DNA of 28,361 bases from Chiloscyllium plagiosum (Eukaryota), in assembly GCF_004010195.1 (NCBI RefSeq), contig NC_057755.1, forward strand, positions 3,047,286 to 3,075,646, in the 5' to 3' direction. The position numbers were made by a program, and so were the translations under genes. Positions 9,801 through 18,800 of the stretch are shown one piece after another. How positions within the stretch are numbered: the stretch's first letter is position 1; each line of letters starts with the position of its first letter. The notes beneath the pieces were generated by a model, which had not been told where the DNA came from, ran no database searches, and saw nothing but the letters and a program-made list of their open reading frames with translations.

Positions 9801-12800
9801 CATGGTTGGCACAGACATGGTGAGCCAAACAGCTTGTTCCCATGCTGTTCTATGTTCTATGGGCCTTGCAGAACATCTTGCGCAATTCAAATCCACATCT
9901 CGCCAANNNNNNNNNNNNNNNNNNNNNNNNNNNNTGTGGTGTGTCCCAATACATGTGTGCTCATAATGTAACACATGTATTGGGCCAAGCAGTGGAATGT
10001 GGTGAAAGGGTTAAAATTGTGTCCCAATACATGTGTGAATCTAACCGAAAGTGGAAGGTGTCGCTTAGTCCCGTGTGAATCTTGTTATACACCTTCCCGT
10101 GTGAATCTTCTTATCTGTATGTAACCAGAATGGAATGTGTTTTTCTGCTGTTCACATGAATGTTTATATCTGGAAAAGAGTATATCAGCTGGAAAAGTCT
10201 CCAGTTCGGTGAGTCTGCTCCGGGGTTACGTTTAACCGCCGAGCGTGGGTTGTTGGCAACCGCTCTACGAGAACTGACGGCTCCCAGTTTTTGTAACATG
10301 TAGAGTGAGTATAAGCCAGACCCGTTGTGCGACACTGCGGGGAATAAAATGCCCATATTCTAGCAGTCTCGCCTCTTGGTCGTTTGTTCTGTGTCAGACT
10401 ACTCTCCTACGAACCTGACCTTGAGAATTTTTTTAAAACACTAACCTGCTCAGTATTAACGTAACCTGCGCCCTTGATTAAAAAAAAACAAACTGCTGCA
10501 GATTCTGGAAATCTGAAACAAACACAGACAGTTTTGGAGCAACTCAACAGGCCTGGCATTATCTGTGGACACAGAAACCGAGTTAACGTTTTGAGTCTGG
10601 TGTTACTCTTTTTCATTTCTGAAGAAGTCATTCTGGACTCATGCTGACTTCCCTTTTGTGCACCCATAAGACTATAAGTAGTACGAACAGGAATAGGTTG
10701 TTCAGCAGCTTGAGGCAGCTCCTCTGCCATTCAATAGGATCTTGGCTGATCCAAAGCTTCTTACAACCACTATCATGCACTTTTCCCATAATCTTGGACT
10801 CCTCAATTTTACAAAAATCTATCCAGCTCAGTCTTAGATATAACACAAGAATTCTGTCCCACAGCACTCTGTAGCAAGGAGTCCCAAAGACTCTCAAATC
10901 TCAGAGAGAGTAAACTCCGTCTCATCTAAATCTTAAATTGGAGCCCCTTTATCCAGGGACTATGTCCTCTGATCCGAGACTCTCCCACAAGGGGAAACAT
11001 CCTTTCAGCATTTTCAAACCCCTGAGGAATCCATGTCCAATACTGTCTTTCGCTGTTCTCATTTAACCTCTTGTCATGCGTTTTTAATAGGTTTTGGCAT
11101 TTTCCCCACTACCAATGTTAGGCTAACCAATCTATAATCCTGTTTTATTTTACCTTTGTCCTTTTTAAATCATGGTGAAACATTTGCTAATCTCCAACCT
11201 CTACAAACTATTCCACAGTTTATTGAATTTTGAAAGACAGAACCAAAATATGGGTTGAATTCTTCTGCCATTTCTTCACTCCCCATTATAATTTGCCCAT
11301 TTCTGATTTAAAAGGACCTACATTCGTCTTTTTTGATCTTTTATCTCTTGAGATACTTATAGAGGGATGTATGTTTCCCGCACGTTTATTTTAAGAATTT
11401 ATCTTCACGTTATCTCACATTGGTTGTAGTGGAAGGACTTGTTGCCTTTACAATGAAATGTGAATAACGTAAAGTCATAGCTTAACAACAGAACTGAAAG
11501 AACAGAAAGAAAAATGAACAACCACCTCAAATGCTGGCACTTGTATAGTAGGGGTGCCACCTGCTGCAGTTCTTCATGCTGAATGTAGCAGTTTTGTAGA
11601 TCAAGATAACATATTGTCTCACACAATCCAATAACTGAAGATATAACTGCACAATCAATAGGGGTCAATCGCAAAGCATTATGGGGGTTTGAATCGCCAA
11701 ATTTAAGTGTTTTTATTGAACCAACTGTGCTATGAGCCAGTGCAGTGTTCTGAGACTCAAATAGGTAATGCAATGCACTCAGGAGGTTCCTTTTGCCGAC
11801 TTTACTCTCTGTATTTCCAACATGTGCTACAAAATTCTCCTTCACCCAGTCGATCACTTCGCAAGTCGTTTTATGTGAAAACGGACCCAGAAACTCCTCC
11901 AGAGGTCGAGATGACTGTGGGGAGCAGAGGCCAGTCACGAAATGCAGAAATACGTCAAATCGCCCATCTTCCTCACTGTGGGCTGCACTGAGGCGTTTCC
12001 TCATGTCCTCAGGATCTGGAGTCAAGAATTGTGTAAGTGCAGCTATGAATTCTTGGATGGTGAGGTGTGGGAACGTGTAAACCACATGCTGGGCAGAAAC
12101 GTCACCTTCCAAAACTTCCATCAGGAATCCAGACAGGAACTGGGAGGGTTGCAGATTGTACTGGATCAAATCTCCAATTCTAAACACAACCTTTTTCTCA
12201 GAGACTCCTTTGAAGGCCATCTCACCAAGCTTCAGTAATACATCACGGGGGTTTTCAATTGCTCGGCTATGGTTTTTCAAAATGTTATAAATAAAGTAGG
12301 AATATAGTTGGGTGATGGTCTTGGGAACTTGCTGCTGTGTCCTGTCTTTTTGTGTGAAAAAGGGACCCAGTGACAGACCGAGGATCCAGCAGTACGAAGG
12401 GTTGTAGCACATGGTGTACAGGATCTCGTTTTCCTCCACGTGTCTGAAAACTGCTGCAGCCAACCGCGGATCTGAAAAAAACCTCTGGAAATATTCCTTC
12501 CGTTCATCACCAACAAATCCCAGAATTTCAGCCCAGACACTGATCTCAGCCTTTTCCAATAAATGGAATGCAGTGGGACGGCTGGTTACTAGCACTGAAC
12601 ATCCTGGGAGCAGCTTGTGCTGGATTAAACTCGATACAATGTCAGACACTTCACAAGGGAATTGGGGATCTGTGCACATGGAATGTGGTTCTGTACTTCT
12701 TTGATTATCTTCAAAACTGATACTGTCCTTAAATTCATCCAAACCATCAAATATGAAGAGCAAACCCTCTGGGTGCTTCCAGACCTCTCCCAGAGCGTTC

Positions 12801-15800
12801 CCAAAGTAAGGATACTGATTCAATATCAGATTCCTCAGGTTTATTCTGTGGTTAATATTGTTCAAATCGCAGAATTTAAAACTGAAAACAAATTGAAACT
12901 GTGGATATATTTTCCCAGTAGCCCAATCATGGACCACCTTTTGTACCATTGTTGTTTTTCCAATCCCTGGGACCCCACTCACTGATGCTGAAATCCCAGA
13001 ATTCGACAGCCCAAAGAAATGCTTCATTTTCTGCAGCAGGCTTCCAAACTGGGAAATATTGCTTTGAAACAATTGCTCAATTCGGACTTTTTCCAGATCT
13101 CTTCGGAGATGTTTCTCTCTCCACTTTCCATGGTCTCCGCCTCTTGCCAGCAGTTCATGTTCGACCAGTTTCCGATCCCGAACAGTAGAAATGATAGTTA
13201 GCTCAACGTATCGATCAACCAATTGAAAAATCTTATACTTTGTCTTAATTAGGATAGTGTTCACGCTCAGTGTTTCAGTTTGTTGACGGAGTGTTTCCTT
13301 GTGTTTCTGTTGAATGTCTTAAAATGGAACAGACAAAAAAAATGTTTTTCAGTATTGATTATGAAATAAAGAAGCAACTCATAAATGTGACATTTTAATT
13401 CAGTGATGTTCTATGAAGACTGAATTCATTTTCCGAAAGGAGGTGATTGTGGGGCATTAACAAGTAATGAGTGCAAAATTTGGTTGAGGAGTTTGGTATA
13501 AATTAACTTCAATGGTGATGCAAAACGATCAACACAGAATTCAGCATCCATAATACATCAGTTCAACTAAATCCATTTCATTTTCGATAAGGGATGCTTT
13601 GAATACTTAATAAAAATGAAATAACCACCCCGGTTATACTTCTTGGACAGAAGTACAAGAATATTTTACACAGGATCGGAGACAGTATGCCCTTTTAGTC
13701 CAGCAGGTTACAGCATGGAAGCAGACCCTTTAGTCCAACTTGTCCCTGCTGACCAGATATCCTAAATTAATCTAGCCCCATTTGCCAGCATTTGGCCCAT
13801 ATCCCCCCCCAAACCCTTCCTATTCATATCCCCATCCAGATGCTTTTTAAAATGTTGTCATTGTTCCAGCCTCCACCACTTCCTGCGACCAACTCATTCC
13901 CTACATGCTTCACATACTGCATGAGAAAGTTGCCTCTTAGGTGCCTTTTAACCCTTTCTCCTTTCGTCTTAAACCAATGCCTTCTAGTTTTGGAGTCCCC
14001 TATCCTGGGGAAAAGACTTTGGGTGTTCACCCTATCTATGCCCTTCAGGAATTCTGTAGCATACCTCAGGAATAGTCTTCCGAACTACAGCCATAATGTT
14101 ATCCCTAATCAAAGCACCACGTCCCTCCTGTCTTGCTCCTTCCCATAGCATCAACACTCTGGAACATTTGGATGCCAGTCCTGTCCCATCACTGAGCTAT
14201 ATCTCTGAAATAGCTCTGATAACCCAGTCCCATGTTCCCAACCATGCCTTGAGTTCATCTGCCTGTCAGACATCTTGCACTGAAATAAATGCAGTTTAAT
14301 TTATCAGTCCTTCCTCATTCTTGACTTTGCTCCTACCTGTCTTGATTGTTTGGCTTGCTCCTGTTCACAACTGTACCAGCCTACGACTGTTCTGTTTTCT
14401 CACTATTTCCCTCCCTATTAGTTGAAATCGTCCCATGTAGCTCCAGATTTCGATTGAAGTTGTCCATCAATTAGGTCTTTTGTAAACATGGGTGACGTGC
14501 TGGCTCACAGCACCAGGAACCCCGGTTCAATTCCACTCTCAGGCAACTGTGTGGACTTTGCACATTTTCCCTGTGTCTGCATGGTTTTCCTCTGGGTGTC
14601 CCACAGTCCAAAGACCTGCAGGTTAGGGTGGATTGCCCATTCTGAATAACCCATAGTGTCCAGGGGTGTGCAGGCTTGATGGATTAGGGCTGACAGGATT
14701 ACGGTATGGGTATGGGTATGGGTCTGGCTGATATGCTCTTCGGTGGGTAAGTCATTGAGACATAGATTACAGAAGCAGACCCCGTGGTCCAACTCATCCA
14801 TTCAAGGAGCAGGAGAATCGATGTTTTGGGCATGAGCCCTTCTTCAGGAATGAGGCTCATACCCGAAACATCGATTCTCCTGCTCCTTGGATGCTGCCTG
14901 ACCTGCTGCGCTTTTCCAGCAACATATTTTCAGCTCTGATCTCCAGCATCTGCAGTCCTCACTTTCTCCAACTCATCCATGCTGACCAGATGTCCTAAAG
15001 CAATCTCGTCCCATTTGCCAGAATTTGGCTAAATCCATCCAAGCCCTTCTTATTCATATGCCCAACCAGGTATCTTTTAAATGCTGTAGTTGTAACTGCC
15101 TCCACTTCCTCTCGCAGTTCATTCCACAGACATACCACCCTCTGCATGAAAATGTTGCTGCTAAGGTCCTGTTTAAATCTTTTATTTCACACTTTAAAAT
15201 ACCCTCTCTAGTTTTGGACTCCCCTATCCTGGGGAAAATACCTTGACAATTCACCCTACCCACGCCCCTCATTATAAACCTTGACAAGGTCACCCCTGAG
15301 CCTCCGATGCTCCAGGAAAATTGCCCAAGCCTATTCAGCTTCTCTCAACAGCTCAAACCCTCCAAACCTGGCAGCGTCTTTTCGGATCCCTTTTAAGTTT
15401 AACAACATCCTTTCTATACCAAGGAGTGGACTCAATGGCCTGTTTCCACACTGTGAAGTTTTTATGATTTGACATGCCTCTGCCAGTCAACTTGCCTTAG
15501 TGAAAAATCCTGATATGGATTCCTTGTTTCACAAATTATTGAGTAAAACCAACAGCATCTCAGAATTGGAGGAGACATGTGGTCAGAATATTCCTTAACC
15601 AAATCAGTCAATTCTTGAAAGGTTTTAGCATCTGGTGCCTCAGGGAACATTAAGTTCCTAATAACTGAAAAATCTGCATTTTCACAAGTGTCCGGAGAAT
15701 TACTCATTGCTTTTCACCTGCCCCAATATCATTATCCAGAAAAAACACGTTCTTGTCACATACATGTCCCAGTCTTAGACGGCAGGGTCGGACGAGTCAA

Positions 15801-18800
15801 GCTTCCCAAATAACAGCATGATGCTTGAAATGCTTACCCAACCAAACGAAGACTTTGAGAGTGAATTTCTTCAGGAGAATGCTTTATTCTCATTGCTGCT
15901 GAAGTATCTCTATAGAGATTGGTATCTCGTCACCAAGTCACTCTTCATTTACACATGGTAAGTTGATACTGATCTAGCTGTATCACAGCCAGCTTCTGAG
16001 AGTGAACAGGACATCTGACACTCTTGCTTATATCTATCAGCTCAGCCTCCCTAATTGGACCAAGGTAACCGCCCCAATTAGGGAACTCATATTCTATGCA
16101 GTCCACCTGGCTGAGCTCATCATGCTCACTAAACATGGTTCAAAAGATTCTGGATCAATGGTGCTGGAAGAGCACAGCAGTTCAGGCAGCATCCGAGGAG
16201 CTTCAGCAAAATCGACGTTTCGGGCAAAAGCCCTTCATCAGGAATAAAGGCAGAGAGCCGGGGAAATGAGGAAGCTGTTGAAGTCCACATTGATGCCCTG
16301 GGGTTGAAGTGTTCCGAGGCGGAAGATGTTTTTACCATGGTTCAAAAGATGACAAGTATGTATTTGATTGCAAAGTGTATTAGGATCCTCAAACACATTA
16401 GTATTGTGGAGCTGTGTAATCTGCAAATTTACAATAAATCGCAAAAACTCGATGTGCACTGTGATTTCTATCTGCATGCAATGTTTGGTTTAATACAGAT
16501 CGACTTGTATTGATCCAAATCTTTGTATATGCACAACACATATCAGCTCCATCTTAAAACAAAGGGTAGACTCAAGACGTTAGATTCCCAGAGGTAAATA
16601 AAATGTTTGACATTTCAATCTCTTACCTTTCAATTCTTCGGGGACTCCAGATGGACTTTGTGCAATATTTAATTTTTGAAATGCATCAAAATCTGTCAAC
16701 ATGAATTACATTGCACATTATCAGTTACAATCAATACTATATCAGTGAATAAGTATGAAAATGAAACCAGTGTAATGTCACTGTACCCATTTCTTCAATT
16801 TCTTTCAGTATTTTGTCCAACTTTGGCACTCCTTGGCGCATTTTTGTGAAGGATGTCCACATTGCCCTTCTGGCTGCAGACCCTTTCCCCATCACCATCT
16901 TTAGAAGAATCTTTGAGCTTTCTGCCCTGTCACCCTTCTCCACAAGCATGGTAATTTTCTTTAAAAAAAAATAACATTGATTTATAAAGGACAGGGAAGA
17001 AAACATACTGAGTGTGAGGAGGAGATGGCCTATCTCTCTGCGTGTTTCCCCGTTTTCACGATTCTGGAGGTAGAACACACTATCATGCAACAATCTGCAC
17101 TGCAGATTAAAATAATTACAGAAATCAAAGATCTCTGATCTGTGCTATTCAATCAATTCACTGAAACATAAAATGCTGATGGCACTGTAAAGCACACTGC
17201 AGTAACCATAAAGCCTGGTATATATTGAGGTGCTGGATTGTTTTACTGAACTGTAGAACGAGTTGGATCACTGTTTCCATTGTACGCATATTAGTTGGCA
17301 CATTATGGGCGGCACCGTGGCACGGTGGTTAGCACTGCTGCCTCACAGCGCCTGAGACCCGGGTTCAATTCCCGCCTCAGGCGACTGACTGTGTGGAGTT
17401 TGCACGTTCTCCCCGTGTCTGTGTGGGTTTCCTCCGGGTGCTCCGGTTTCCTCCCACAGTCCAAAAGATGTGCAGGGTCAGGTGAATTGGCCATGCTAAA
17501 TTGCCCGTAGTGTTAGGTAAGGGGTAAATGTAGGGGTATGGGTGGGTTTCGCTTCGGCGGGTCGGTGTGGACTTGTTGGGCCGAAGGGCCTGTTTCCACA
17601 CTGTAATGTAATCTAATGTAATCTAATCTAATTAACTCCAATTAGCTGAGGTGGTGACACTGGTCATACAGGTGTACAGTATGTAAATAGGCCCTTCAGT
17701 CCAGCATGTCTGTGCTGGCCTCTTAAAAGCCTACTGCACCTGCTATTCCCAGGTGGTTTCCCATCCAAGTACTAACCAGGCCAGAGTTTGCTTAGTTTCT
17801 GCCATCAGACAACAACAGGCATTTTCAATTATGAGTCTTACGATGGTGTGGCCTACCAGCTCCCTTTTCAATAAAAGCGAAATACTGCAGACGCTGGAAA
17901 TCTGAACATGCTGGAGATTAGAGTCAAGAGTATGGTGTTGGAAAAGCACAGCAAGTCAGGCAACATCAGAGGAGCAGGCGAATCGAAGCTTCGGGCAAAA
18001 GCCCTTCATCAGGCATTTTCCTGCTCCTCGGATGCTGTCAAACCTGCTGTGCTTTTCCAACATCATACTCTTGACTCTAATCTCCAGCATCTGCAGTACT
18101 CACTTTCGCCATGCTGAAGAAACTAATCAAGTTTGGCAGAATCTGTGGAGAGACAAGCTGATTTAATGTTTTGAATCTGATACAACTCTTCTTCACAGTG
18201 GACTTGAAATATTAATGATATTTTATAGTTGCTGCTACACCTGTTGAGTTATTCCAGCATTTTCTGTATAAATTATTATGATCGTTTGAAATTTTGCCCT
18301 CTATACTTTTGATCTCAAGTGGGCACGGTGAAAGGCTTTGGCCACATGTCCCTCTTTTCAACAATGTTCAATCTCTCTTTAGTTATACCTTGCTTACCTT
18401 ATGCTCTTGGCCACTGAAATGATTCTCATAAGTCAACAATGAGCTGACTCCATCCACCCCTCCTTCCACTGCCTGCTCGAGTCTGTCCTGGTAGAATTTT
18501 GTCAACTGTAACAGTTGGTAATCATTGCACTTTTTCAGGATGTCACTGACAGCGCAGTTTGGTCCTGTGAACACAATCGTAATTGAATATTTCAGGAGGT
18601 AAATCAGCTTGGAGTGAATGTGTGCATTTGCTGGGGAAGAAAGTGTCCAAATCGTCGATTTATGCAAATCCAATTCAGATTGTTATTGTGGTTTGCTTAA
18701 AGAGAAAGCAACATATTTTAAATTCTACAATACAAGCTTTCAGAAAGCTTATTTTTGAGGGGTGCATTATAAGAGCAGCCTAATTAAAAACAAGCTGAAA

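Larger units (their letters stand above)
14490..15470 (+). mobile_element. HE1/V-SINE split by a nested minus-strand CR1 (~14753-15425); SINE tail resumes at ~15426
   Basis: B-box GGTTCAATTCC and V-domain TGTGTGGACTTTGCACATTTTCCCTGTGTCTG; the body stops at TTCGGTGGGTAAGT and resumes GTGGACTCAATGGCCTGTTTCCACACTGT. Confidence 0.65.

Noticed and set aside
9283..10440. Duplicated ncRNA gene or CRISPR-like array
   Set aside because: TG..CA ends, TATA/AATAAA and a 5-bp TSD identify LTRs; there is no repeat-spacer periodicity and the DNA is vertebrate.
11707..13201. Several + strand ORFs of 60-107 aa
   Set aside because: Antisense shadows of the NACHT exon with no recognisable motifs.
13262..13264. 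GTG start of the 619-aa ORF as the start of a single-exon gene
   Set aside because: The frame extends to a splice acceptor at 13318 and joins four upstream exons.
17307..17380. tRNA gene
   Set aside because: The A/B boxes belong to a SINE head followed by a V-domain and LINE tail; no full cloverleaf.
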